From: Strigamia acuminata
Lineage: Eukaryota
NCBI GenBank assembly: GCA_949358305.1
Contig: OX442314.1
Span: 32,116,001 to 32,180,000 of the forward strand
Reading direction: 5' to 3'
Length of the DNA stretch: 64,000 bases
Below, piece by piece: positions 1-12,500 of the stretch. Every line of letters begins with the position of its first letter. Position 1 is the stretch's first letter. The translations under genes and the position numbers were made by a program. The notes under the pieces were generated by a model. That model saw only the letters and a program-made list of their open reading frames with translations, searched no databases and was not told the origin of the DNA.

Positions 1-1142
1 TTTTCCATTTTATGTTGCGCCAGGAGTTCTCGGAATTGGTCCTTGTAGTCTTGGGCTTTTTTATGCTTTCCTTCTACGGTGACGTTCCATTCTTGCTTTA
101 TCTCGGCTTCCTGGTCTCCTCTCATTTTTTGTATTATTCTTTCCGTTCGCTCGGCTGTCCTTTTGTCGCGTTGTTGTTTTTCTTCTTCTTCCCTCCAAAG
201 TTGTCTTCTTTCTGCGCTCAATTTTCGTTGCCGATTTATTGTTTCCAATCTCGCTTCTTCTCGAGCCTTTTCGCGGGCTTTGTAAAGGGCTTTTTGGGGG
301 TCGGGTACAAAACCGCCTATTTCACTTGGCGTTTCTTGTTGCATGGGCGTCTCCGCTGCTGGTGTTGCGACTGGCGTTGCGGCTTGGGCCATACAGATAG
401 CATCAGTGAGTAGAGTAATCGATTCCCAGACCGACGTCCCTACTGGAATGTCTATCGCTGCTTTCAGTCGGGTCGCTTGTTGTGTTAGCCGTATCAGGTG
501 GGCTATCTCGGGAGAGACTGAAGCAGGTCGCACCGTAACCTGGGGGGTTATCGGGGTCCCGCTCCTGCCTCGCCGCGGAGTTTGTTCTAGCCGTATTAAA
601 TGGGCCACTTCAGGAGAAACCGAGGCAGGCCTCGCCGTAACTTGGGAAGTTATCGGGGTCCCGCCCTGGTCTCGCACAAGAGTTTGATCCACTGGTGGCG
701 ATGGGTTGGTGCTGATGGTATTTGTTTGCCTCGGAGTTTTGTGTGTCTCCTCGGCCACTAATATCGATACTCGTTCGGTTGATTGTTCGTGAATTTCTTC
801 GCAATTTTCTGGAACTTCTGTATCGGTATCTTCGAAGGTTTGCGTATTTAAGGGAACCCGCTCTCGCTCTGGCCCAGGGGGGGCTGTGAGCGAGGCAGCT
901 TGCTCCTCTTTCTGCGTATTCAAGGGAATCCGCTCTCGCTCTGCCCCATGGGGGGCTGTGAGCGAGGCAGCTTGCTCCTCTTTCTGCGCCTTCACTTTTT
1001 GTTTGTTCGCTCGGGCTTTCGCCTTAGCGGATTGTTCCGGAACTGGACCGTCCGACCTTTGGTGATAGTCGGAGGTTCTGTTTCCCTTTTTGAGCATAGG
1101 TTGCTCGGTTTCAGACGCGGATTGTTCATCTTTGTCTGACAT
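1..1142 (-). CDS. gag: Gag N-terminal region of element A (partial, continues off the window)
   Basis: Manual translation from the ATG at 1142 gives MSDKDEQSASETEQPMLKKGNRTSDYHQRSDGPVPE..., matching element C gag MSDKDEQSTSETEQRMPEKGKRTSDYHLRSDGPVPE. I translated it without stops to about 480; its absence from the ORF track fits an ORF with no stop inside the window. Confidence 0.88.
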   Translation of the reverse strand, partial: MSDKDEQSASETEQPMLKKGNRTSDYHQRSDGPVPEQSAKAKARANKQKVKAQKEEQAASLTAPHGAERERIPLNTQKEEQAASLTAPPGPERERVPLNTQTFEDTDTEVPENCEEIHEQSTERVSILVAEETHKTPRQTNTISTNPSPPVDQTLVRDQGGTPITSQVTARPASVSPEVAHLIRLEQTPRRGRSGTPITPQVTVRPASVSPEIAHLIRLTQQATRLKAAIDIPVGTSVWESITLLTDAICMAQAATPVATPAAETPMQQETPSEIGGFVPDPQKALYKAREKAREEARLETINRQRKLSAERRQLWREEEEKQQRDKRTAERTERIIQKMRGDQEAEIKQEWNVTVEGKHKKAQDYKDQFRELLAQHKME

Positions 1143-1198
1143 TTTCATTTGGTTATTTTTAAAAGAGATCACAAGTTCAGTTTGAGATTTATTTCTAA

Positions 1199-1216
1199 AT
1201 CCCGGACAGACCCCCA
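1199..1216 (-). promoter_or_regulatory. Primer-binding site, tRNA-Pro-like (element A)
   Basis: TGGGGGTCTGTCCGGGAT lies 2 nt inside the LTR end; the canonical tRNA-Pro PBS is TGGGGGCTCGTCCGGGAT. Confidence 0.75.
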
Positions 1217-1218
1217 CG

Positions 1219-2037
1219 TGTCGCGTCCTACTTTGTATAGGTTTAAATAGCGCTAACGTGTAATACTTTACCTGTGATCAATTATGCAAATACCCAAATG
1301 AATACTAAATGTATGTAAATAAACAGGTAATTTATTCACCAGGCTTTATGCCTTTAAAATACACTCAGTAATAATTCTAGAGTCGACGTGGTCAGCGTCG
1401 AACAAAGGATTTCTCAAGATGGCGTCGTCGATTCCGCGTGGTCGGCGGAACAAAGGCGGCGTCTCGAGTTGTCGTTAATTCGTCACGGATTCGTTTTCAC
1501 GGACGCGGTGGAATGCTCTCTCGAGTCTTCTATCCGTGCCTGTTGTCTAGGGTTTGGTTTAGCGTCGCAGAGGCCTCGTCTAGGAACTTTGGGGTTCCCT
1601 ACAAAGCACTCGGACACTTACTTCGGCGAATAATCGTCTGGGCGATTATTCTGGGTGATTTCACAAGGGCTATTCTCGTGCTTTCGCAGGAATAGCTCGC
1701 AAGTGACTTCGTGAGAGTTACAGTTTGCACTTTACTCAGCGATCCTCGATCAATCCTAACTTGTAGTTGAAGTTGGCCTGACGGTGAGGTAGTTGCTGTG
1801 TTCTTGGTGTCGTTTGTGTAAGTTCTGTCTTTTGGCGGGAATTTCTCCCTTTTATGGGTCAGTGTGAGGGGCCGGCGCAGCCAATGGGGGCTTGCCACCC
1901 GACACCTCACTCCCCTCGGGGCACACACCTGCTCAGAGAGAGGCGGAGCCAACACGAGAGGAATGACCCGTCTGTTGCAGTGAGTCAAAGGGCAAATATC
2001 CGCTTGGGGGGAATATTTATCCCTTTTGCTCACCACA
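1219..2037 (-). repeat. 5' LTR of element A (819 bp)
   Basis: TG...CA termini; aligns to 48859-49678 and 60909-61728. Confidence 0.92.
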
Positions 2038-2105
2038 GTGTATACAATTATGATATTTATTATTTCACATTTGTCTAAATATTGGAAATGGAAAATAATG
2101 TTGCT

Positions 2106-2292
2106 TTATTTAGACTTTAAGTTGGTGCAGCTAAGACCGACTGTTTCAGCTTCTATACTGCCTCTACAATGACAGGTGGATTTGGATTTGGGTGCACGCT
2201 GTGAGATTGAAACTTGATCGAAAACGGAAATTTCATGAAAAATATATTTCCAGAGCAGAAATACTCCTCCAATAAGAATTAGAAATGCTGTG
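2106..2292 (-). pseudogene. Fragment of the last exon (M4 and C-tail) of a third ionotropic receptor paralog
   Basis: Reads [11 protein letters not shown]... and aligns to IR gene 1 at 3544-3725 and its 3' UTR. An extra base near 2262 shifts the frame, and no upstream exons are seen. Confidence 0.75.
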
Positions 2293-2324
2293 CTAAAGAT
2301 GGAGTTGTGTGCAAAATTGTGATG

Positions 2325-3180
2325 AACTGGCCACCGCCAGTCAGCACTGGCAACATTAACCGGAGGATCCTCAGCAGCTCCTACGGCGTACTGTCGGGAC
2401 AGCGGATTCTGTAAGATATCAGTCTGTGGCTTAACCGCCACGACCGACACAGAACAACACCGGCCACAAGAGTAACTGCTCGCGTTGCTATTGCTACAGT
2501 AGATGACGAGCGATTCTGTGATCGCAATGGTTAAAACTAGTGAAGTCACTCTCTAGTCTGAAGGGACTTGAAGCGACCTGTTGGGCCGTGCTGCAAGGCA
2601 TGGCCTGGTCATGCATAACCGACCTCGCTGTGGTAAAATACAGTAGTTTAATTTAATAAATAGGACAGGAAATGATGTCATTTTTGTTTTAAAATTGAAG
2701 TAAAACACGAAATATTTTAATTTTTGAATGCAGCTACTGTTTCTTTCGTGAGTTCCCAATTGGTGTTCAATCACTTCGGCGCCCACATTTCGCGCCGAAA
2801 TAATCCGGCTTTTTTTATTTCTCGTTTATTTTATTTTCTTTTACATCTCGATAAGGCATGTTCAAACGCAGGAATGATGATCTCTGACAAACTTAATTCC
2901 ATTCTGTGACCAACTGGCATTAGTTGGCACTGGCAACATTAACCAGTGGTCCTCAGCAGCTCCACTACATTCTTATTGCAGTCAATAGGAACAAAGGATT
3001 ACGTAAGGGGTCAGTCTGGGCTCTGGGGTCAGACAGAGTCTTGACCGATCTAGCACCACAACCAGTCATGCTGTTACTGTGCGTGAGCTTGAGATGATGG
3101 TTGCTCTCAAGTCAGAAGGGACTTGCAGCAACCTGATGGCTTTGCTGCAAGGCAAGGTAGGGTTTTTTCATCATTCGGCC
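2325..3180. repeat. Two diverged copies of a ~280-bp GC-richer repeat (about 2325-2620 and 2915-3180)
   Basis: Both copies share the blocks CACTGGCAACATTAACC..TCCTCAGCAGCTCC and GAAGGGACTTG.AGC.ACCTG.TGG...TGCTGCAAGGCA. Confidence 0.6.
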
Positions 3181-3543
3181 CATGCTGAAAGGTATTGGGA
3201 AAAGCTGTTGTCCGAGGCAAAACATTATCACGGTTAAATTTAACACGTTGGTTTTTATTTCCTTTTTTTTGTGCTACATGTTACCAATTCGCTATTATAT
3301 TTTATTGTTTCTTGAATTGTAAAATGCAAACCACTTTTAATCCATTCTATTCTATAATTTCAAGAATATTTGGTTTAAAAATCAAAGGAAGTAACTCTGA
3401 TGAAAATTAATGATGTGCAAATACAGTTGCTAGTGTAGGTATAAGTAAACTACATGGTACAATGCTGTGTAGGTAAATATATATTGTTTTTATTAATTTA
3501 GATTTGAGTAAACACAAGAAAATAATGTTGCTTTATTTTAAGT

Positions 3544-6500
3544 TTAAGTTGGTGCAGTTGAGGCACGAATCTTTTTCAGCTTTTGTGCTGGTCTTACTAC
3601 AATGACAGGTCGATTTGGATTTATGTGCTCACTAGCAGATTGAAACTTGGTCGAAAAAATTAATTCAACGAGAAATACTATTCCAGAGCAGAAAATTCCT
3701 CCAATGAGAATTAAAAATGCTGTGATTGTGTGATAAATAGAGATGGGTTTGTAGTCATGATTTCTTGTCTCGCAAATTGCTTCTGATTGGTACTTGTGCG
3801 CAAGTCTGTTGATGATCCCTTTTTCTTTTAACTTCAAAATGCTGAAATGTAGATTGCAAATTTAATGGAAAAATCTTTACAAATCGACTCCTACCAGTAC
3901 TCACTTCTGATTAAATGAATCCACATACTTTGATTTTTTATTAAACGCTAAATGACCTGAAAGTTCAATCGGGATTTTTACAAAACTAAACGAGCAGTTT
4001 CGTCCGTATGTATCTTTCAAGTCTTCGTAAGAATGTATGATGGCATTGTTGTTTGCCAAAAGTAGTTTTGAAGCATCTGCGAAGGAAATATTTCCTTTTC
4101 CGGGACTTTTTTCCATGCGATGCCAAATTTCTCTTGTAAGATTCGTTTTTGCATTCTACCACAAAAAAAAAGATCGTAATTAGATATTGCCACGAACAAA
4201 TCGCACTTTTATTGGTTGGTCTGAAATCTGAATAAAAGTAAACTCTATCTGCCTGAAGAGTCCACTAACTCTGATTGGTCAGCAGGCAAATTGCTGCTGG
4301 CTTCTCACGAATGAGAAAACATCAGTTGGGCAAAGTCAAAGTGCAAAGTACAAGAATTTGTTATTCGAAATTTTAAACAAAATGAGCAACATTACTCGAT
4401 AGCTATTAAGCGATATAGAATGTAATTCGTTTAATTTCCACACCAGCACCATGATAACACAGTAGAACACAACCCCTAGACCAGGTTTTCTTAAACTTAA
4501 GCGTTCCCAGGTACAGTATGTACAGTACGTGTATATAAATAGGTACACGCAAATCAAAAAAATTTCATGTGACCTACACATTCAGTTAGCTCCCTATTAA
4601 CAAAACATGCAAATAGAGCAATGGCCTTAAGAATTCACAATGGCCTAAAAATGAAGGAATGGACTTGATATAATGTTTGTCTTAAAAACTTATCATCCGA
4701 TGGGATGAGCGGGTTTGCTAGTTGTTGATATTTTGTGTCACCTGGCCCAGTGTATTCCAAATCCCGTGCAAGGGTCTCCCACCGCCAGGGCGAGTTGTGT
4801 GTATTACGACTGCCCAATCACGTGGTCACCGGACTTCCTGTTATGTGACCAGAACGTGCAGATCGTTGCAATAACGTGCGCGCTGAATAAACGAGTATAT
4901 CAGCAACAATCGATGTCATCTCCTTCCATTCAATTCCAACACTAGTTGCCATCAAAAGTGCGGCAATGTGGTAATTCCAAACAAAATCTAACAACACTAG
5001 ACATACATTATTACCAATAATTAAATTGGTTTCAATTCCTGTTCTGGGATACTTTGATATTTTTTCTATTACCTTAATGAGGGTGTAGAAGTAGTACGAT
5101 CCAAAAGCGTACAAGTTGATGTTGTCATCCAACAATACATCTTGAATACTGTTGTATTGCAGTCGCGATGTTGTAACAGTGAGTGAAGTGTATAGAACCG
5201 CACTGTAGCTTGAGGTGATAAGCAGAAGAAAGAAATATTCCGTTCCAGTAATTGCATAAGCTTTCATACAAAATATAACAAAAGTGACTTCTAACTTGAT
5301 TAGTTTAGTATAATCTTATTTAATCTTATTTACCTGAATATGAGGTTGTTTTTTTATGATATTTGGAGATCGAAGCAAGAGAGAGCGAAAAGAAGAGATA
5401 AGTAGCTAAAATACACAACCAAACGATCATGGAAAAGGATTTGAAAAATGTCATCCATAAATATTGTTTGATAATGCTATTTTGCCGCATGACAAATGCC
5501 AATGTGTCTCTAACACTAGGAAAGTTTACGAAGTCAAAATTCAACACACGTTCTGCATTCATTGTAAATGATCCTTTGAGGATGTCAAATTGCTTATAAA
5601 AAATAGACAAGTTAAATGATAAATGCATTATTAAAATGTTGCACGTTGTAGTAAATCTCTCAAGAAAATAACATCCCGACTGTTGAGCTTTTAAACAAGA
5701 ATTGATTCTTTATTCAAGCTTCAATCCGTCAAGCCAGTTTGTTAAATTGTTTTTTTTTTGTCATTCATAATTGTGGGATAAGTTTATTGGAACAAACTGT
5801 ATACAGTACTCGTATACTTTGTGAGACTTGAAAGACTGTAAAGTCTTACAAGTCTCACAAAGTATCTTTGCACAAACTGGCTACCATAGTATCACAATAG
5901 ATGCGTTCACATTGATAAAGAAAATTGTGCTCAACGGTATTATGGTAAGTTGATAACCTCGTTTTCATTTCCAAATATGATGTTTGTATGTCACTTTGCT
6001 TAAGTTTTGGTCCATTTATTTTGATTTTGTTTAAGCAAGCGGTTGTGACACGTATTGTCCTTAACTTATCTTACCGGTAAGTAACAATAATGCGATTTGC
6101 GCATGCTCGGTTAAACAATCATTCAGATCATAGCAGCGCACGCGCACAAGCCTGCGCATTAGTTATAATATTATTTCATTTAGGAGCATTCAATGATAAG
6201 TCATTTATTTCACTTATTTCTCTTAACCATTTAACCAATTGGAACACACCTAATGTTTTAATCAAAACCCTCACTTTGTTTTTCAATTTTGCCAATATAT
6301 TGCTGTCATCCTCAATGATAATTGTAACTATTGAGCTAGAAATATGAAAAAATTTATGTCAGCAGTACACCAAACATAAAAAACTTTACCAAATGTTTCT
6401 CATTTTTTCCAATATGTCATCTAGAATTTCATAATTTATTAAATCTATTGCAGTTATAAATTCTGGTGGTATTTCAATCTGTAAAAAACAGGATCGTTTC

Positions 6501-9500
6501 TTAGTAATCCTTCTATTTCAAATCAAACAAACGATCATGTTAAAAAGAATTTGTGAAAATCGAGTGATTTTACGCGTGATATAAACTATTATTTGAATTG
6601 CTATTCTCATTTTTGAATTGTTGTTATCTTTTATATTTCAATGTGTTGATTTGTCTTGTGGTTTTAGTTGTTATTTGTGTTTCATTTACATTGCTTTATC
6701 ATTGTATATTTTTATTGATAATTTACCATTTTATTAGATTGAATAGTTTAATATTGTTGTAATATTTCTTATTTTAATGCTTCAATATATTTGTATTTCT
6801 TATTTGAGTGTTTGACCTGTTCCTCATTTGTAGTACCTTGCCCTGTTAATCCCTTAATTGGTGTGGGTTTTTCCTACCTCTTGAGCGCCGTCTCATTGGC
6901 GCTCTGAACGCGTCATCCACATTCCTCTACCCCTTTTCCCATTGTGTTGAAAATAGAATAAACTTTTAGTGTACTTTTTACCTCTAAAACGTGTGGTTGT
7001 GCTTTTACTTTGCTCCAACGCCATCTTTGAATTTCAACACAACCTCAACTTTATCCATCATTTGTATCCAGGAACTTTTAGAAACTTGTTGCTAAGTTTG
7101 TATTATTTTTATCTTATGCAAATTTAACATTGGTGCCGAAACCCGGGAGCTACTTAATTTCCCATCTAATCCAAATTATTCAAAATGGTGAGAGTATTTG
7201 AGCTGAAGAACAGGGCGTTCCGAGCGGCCATATTGGTCACCGAGACGCTCTTAACCACAATAACCGCCGCGCTGACCGGACGAGCAGCGATACCGCAAGC
7301 CACGATTGAACTGTGGATGCAGCAGCTCGAGCAGAAACACAAACGAGCTCAAACAACGTTCGACGCCACCTTGGATCAAGCCAAATCTGATCAGGAAATC
7401 GACACCACGGTGCAGGCACTCGACGCGTTGGAGGACCGTTTGGCAGCAGCAAGAGCGGAGTTAGCAAGGTACATTCAAACATATTTTCCACCTTTACCGC
7501 CCCAAAACTTGCGACCGGACGCGGAGGCGCAACCGACGGCGAACATCGACGCACTAGCGGCGGCCATTACCGCAGCAGTGTCGGCGGCGACGCCACGAGT
7601 GACCCCAACAAACGGCCAGCCATTCATCAAACGCAAACCGCTGGAGATTCCCAAATTCGACGGGCGCAAACCTGAGGAGTGGGGAGGATTTTGGAAAACA
7701 TTTTCCATTCAGGTTGGCGACGACGAGCAACTGGATGCAACACATAAACTGTTGCATTTGAGGACATATTTGGTAGGAGACGCGTTAGATGACATCAAAG
7801 CGTTGGAGATTACAGCTGGCAATTATAATACTGCGGTCACACGCCTACAAAAAAAATATGGCGACAAGATCGTGCTTGAAAACAAATATTTGTCAAATTT
7901 AATTAACCTACCTTTAGTCAACAGCGATCGAGATAGGATGGGGCTCCAGAAACTGCACAGACACGTAGAAATCAACATCGAGAATTTGGCGAACATCGAG
8001 GTACCATTGGCCGAAATTCAGCGTACCATTTTCCCCGTGCTGTCGTCCGCCATACCACGCAACGTGATTATGGAGTACGACAAAGACTGCGACGGAGAGA
8101 GGTCGGTAACGAGGCTAATGGATTGGCTGAGCAGTTACATCGCTAAACACGCCAAATACGACATGATGAAAACTCAAACAAAACCTGATGCAGCAACAAA
8201 CAAATCGTCATTCACGAATAACGCCCACAACAATAAGGGAAAATTCAAACGAAAAGAAAAGGAGCCTCGATCTGGATCAGCGTCACAACTTTCGGTAATA
8301 ATAATAAAATGCCAATTTTGTGATTCCACAGAACACAACCGAAAGCGATGTCCACTCTCGATGGAAGAGAGACGTAAAAAGTTGCAAAAAAAGGGAATTT
8401 GCTTGCGATGCTTGGGAAAAGCACCCCACAAAACTGAGGAGTGCAGGACTCGCATGAAATGCTACAGCTGCGAGGGAGCGCACCACACACACGTGTGCGA
8501 CACGCCAAAATCTACGGAGGTCGTCGAGGGAGTCACCCATTCGAACTCAGTAGTCACCACCTGTCCTCCCAAGTCCGAATTTTTGATGGTCCAGATGGTG
8601 AAAATGGCCGGACCAAAACTGTCGACGTCGGGAGTGTGTTATATCGACGGGGGAGCTCAACGCACATTCATACGGTCCGAATTGGTAAAAAAACTGAACT
8701 TAAAAATTTTAGGGACAGAAACCATCAACTTGGCCGTGTTTGGACAAGAGCCGAAGTCAGAAATACGCAACAGAGTCGAATTAACTCTCAGCCCCGCCAA
8801 TTCGAAGTCACCAGCTGTCACAATCGAGGCCATTGAAACTGCCCACGTCACGTCCACGCCCGGAGAGCAGCCAAATGCGCAACTTAAAGCCGAACTACAT
8901 CGAAGAAAAATCGAGGTGGCCTGTAAACAAGTCGCATTGCATTCGAAGGAAGTGGACCTATTAATTGGAGTAGACCATTACTGGCGTGTAATGACAGGCC
9001 AAACGGAATTTTTGGAGGAGAATTTGATTGCAGTAAAGACCAAATTCGGTTGGACACTGCACGGACAGACCACGAATGGGACAAGAGTCATTGCTGCGCC
9101 GGTAAGAATTAACAAAATTACGCTTACCCCATCGACAGATGACCTTTTACGCCGGATGTGGGAACTGGAACCGATTGGAGTGCGCCACGAGTCGGTCGAA
9201 GACAGCGACGACGCTGAAACGCTGCAGAAGTTCGAAAAAACTATCAAATGGACGGGTTCAAAGTATTCCGTGGAACTGCCGTGGATCGTGGACACCAACG
9301 AGCTCGACGACAATTATCGAGGAGCAGAACAACGCATCATGTCGCTGATTCGTCGCTTCCGAAAACAACCAAACCTCTACTTAGAATATAAAAAGGTTAT
9401 CGACGAGCAGTTGAAAATGGGAATTGTCGAAGAAATTCCGAACCAAACTTCGACAGGGCCGGTCTACTACATGCCACATAGTCCAGTGATCAAAGAGGAA

Positions 9501-12500
9501 CGAATTACCACAAAGTTGCGAGTCGTATTTGATGCATCATCACACCGAAAAGGCCACCTTTCCTTGAACGATTGCCTATCAAAAGGTATAAACTTTCTAC
9601 CTTCACTAATTTTCGTATTGTTAGGATTTCGTCTTGGGAGAGTGGCCATGATGGGTGACATTAAAAAGGCATTTCACATGATCGAGATCGCTCTAAAGGA
9701 CCGCGACGCAACGAGATTTTTCTGGATTGATGAGTGCTGGGACGGTATAGGAAAGGCATTGTTAAAAGTATTGCGACAAACTCGAGTGTTATTTGGCGCC
9801 ACACCAAGCCCATTTTTGTTGAGCGCCACCATTCGACATCACTTGCGCAAATACGAGGAGAAATATCCAGAAACTGTAAAACTGTTGTTAAAGTGCCTGT
9901 ACGTGGACGACTTCATCTCATCCCTCAAAACCGTCGCTCAAGCACTGGTAACATTTCGCCAGTCTAACCTGATTTTTACAGAAGCCGGCATGGAACTCGC
10001 CAAGTGGCAAACCAACTCACCGGAACTCAGAGCCAAATTTCGCGAGGAATGCCCCTCTGACACACTGCTGACATCAGATGAAGATACAAAAGTGCTGGGA
10101 ATCAGATGGAATCCAAACTCGGACGAATTGGGACTGGCGGTGGAGAAAACTTGCTCACCTTACCAAAAAGCGACAAAGAGGGAGGTAATAAAATTAACAG
10201 CGCAAATTTTCGACCCCTTAGGATTTGCCACACCATTCACCGTGACAGCACGCATGTTTTTCCAGTCCCTATGGCTCAGGAATTTGCCATGGGACGACGA
10301 ATTAGACATCGAGTTGCGCGCTGATTGGAAGAAATGGACCGACCAAATTCCCACTCTGAAAAATATTGCAATTCCACGATGGTTGGGATTGGACGAATTT
10401 GACCAATGCGAAGTACACATATTCTGCGACGCGAGTCCGAAGGCATATGGGGCGGTGGCATACATCCAGAACTCTAATGGTGATTTGATTGAGACTAATT
10501 TCATTTTATCAAAGTGTCGTGTAGCTCCTGTCAAACCACTTACGCTGCCACGACTCGAACTCATGGGAGCACTGGTTGCTGTACGCCTCGCCGATCAAAT
10601 CAAGGAACTGGTGACGCCAAACGAGATATTTTTTTGGACGGATTCGCAGATTTGTCTGCATTGGATAAAAAACACGTCCAAACGACCGCCAACCTTCGTG
10701 CACAATCGGGTACTGGAGATAAGAGAGAAGTCAAGAGTAGACGAGTGGAGACACGTGCCAGGCGTCGAAAATCCTGCCGACCGCCTGACAAGAGGAATGG
10801 ACGCAGAGGCGATGATTGTCGAGCGACTTTGGTGGAAGGGACCAGACTGGCTGCGCGGAAGTCGTCAGGATTGGCCAAACCTACCGACAGAGACGGTCGA
10901 AGAACCGGACGAGATGACTGAAATCCACGTCGAGGCGGTACAGACGACAATAACTAATGTTTTTCCGTTTGCCAAGTTTGGATCGCTTTCAAAGGCTATC
11001 CGAACGTTGGCATGGGTTTTCAGATTCGCTGACAACGCTGGGAAGCGACAACAAGACGCCAACCAGCGAGGTCGAGGTCCATTGGTCGCAACTGAGTTGA
11101 AACGCGCGAGATTCGGCCTAATTCGAATCGCGCAAGCAGAGGTTTATGGCCAGGAAATAAACCAATTGAGGGATGGAAAACAAATTCAGAGGGATTCGAA
11201 ATTGCGAGACCTGAATCCACAGCTGAACGATATGGGGTTGATTGAACTGCAAACTCGACTGCAAAAATCACGAGATTTGCACACAGCTGTGCAACCTTTG
11301 ATTTTACCTCCAAACCATAAACTCACGAAATTAATTTTACAACACTCTCATTTACAGGTCCTTCATTGCGGATTGACAGCCACATTGTCGAAATTTCGAG
11401 ACTTATACTGGACACCATCCGCAAGGAGGACCTTAAAATCGATTTTGGACAAATGCGTCGTCTGCAAAAAGATTCAAGGACGGTTGATGCGAGAAGTGCC
11501 AGGCCCCCTCCCAGCAGACAGGACGACTAAGTGCCAACCATTCGCGGTTACTGGGGTCGATTTTGCTGGACCGATAATAATAAAGGGACGAACAACCAAA
11601 GCTTACATAGCCCTTTTCACGTGTGCAACCATTCGAGCGGTCCATTTGGAACTGGTTCCCTCATTGTCAACAACAGACTTTTTGGGAGCTTTTGAACGAT
11701 TCATCAGTCGTAGAGGCCTCCCAAAGACGATGTACAGCGACAACGGGTCCACCTTTCGCCGCGCTCATTTAGAACTTTCATCTCTTTTACGCTCCACCAA
11801 AGACGAGGCGTTCCAAAATTATCTGGCTCAAAAGGGAATAGAGTGGAAGTTCATCGTGGAAAATGCACCATGGTGGGGAGGGTTTTGGGAGAGGATGGTA
11901 CAGACAGTTAAACGTTGCTTGAAAAAAGTAATCGGATCTGCACACCTCAACTTTTATCAATTTGGAACTTTCTTGGCACAGACGGAAGCGGTCATCAACC
12001 GTAGGCCCATCACATACGTGTACGAGAAGCCAAGCGAAGCCGAACCACTTACTCCAGCACATTTCTTGACGGGAATCATGCAAACGCACTTGCCGGATTC
12101 AGGGTCGACTGAAATACTCGAACCGACTCAAAAGGAATTCGTTCGACAGTGGCAATATCAACAACGCATGTTGTCAACATTTTGGTCACGCTGGTCCCGT
12201 GAATATTTAAAGGACCTGAAGGTGCAAACGGGAAAATCAGACAAACGTGAGCTGCAAATTGACGACGTTGTGATAATTGAGGAGCAATTTAAACCCCGTT
12301 TGAAATGGAAGATGGGGAGAGTGGTCGAAGTCAGACGAGGTCGCGATGACAAAGTTAGGTCATGTGAACTCGTGCTCGCGGATGGGGGAAAATTACGTCG
12401 ACCTGTTCAACGTCTCGTGCGTTTGGAAGTGGGGTCAGACATCCCCTCCCCGCCGGCAGTGTGAAAATCGAGTGATTTTACGCGTGATATAAACTATTAT

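Larger units (their letters stand above)
1..2037 (-). mobile_element. Element A: 5' part of a Ty3/Gypsy LTR retrotransposon (5' LTR, PBS, start of gag), truncated by the window edge; close relative of element C
   Basis: The LTR at 1219-2037 is nearly identical to element C LTRs over about 615 bp. The PBS is the same, and the gag N-terminus is homologous to 57674-60814. Confidence 0.93.

Noticed and set aside
4818..5072. ORF continuation beyond IR exon 9
   Set aside because: Read-through into the intron past a conserved AAG|GT donor; the paralog diverges at the same point.
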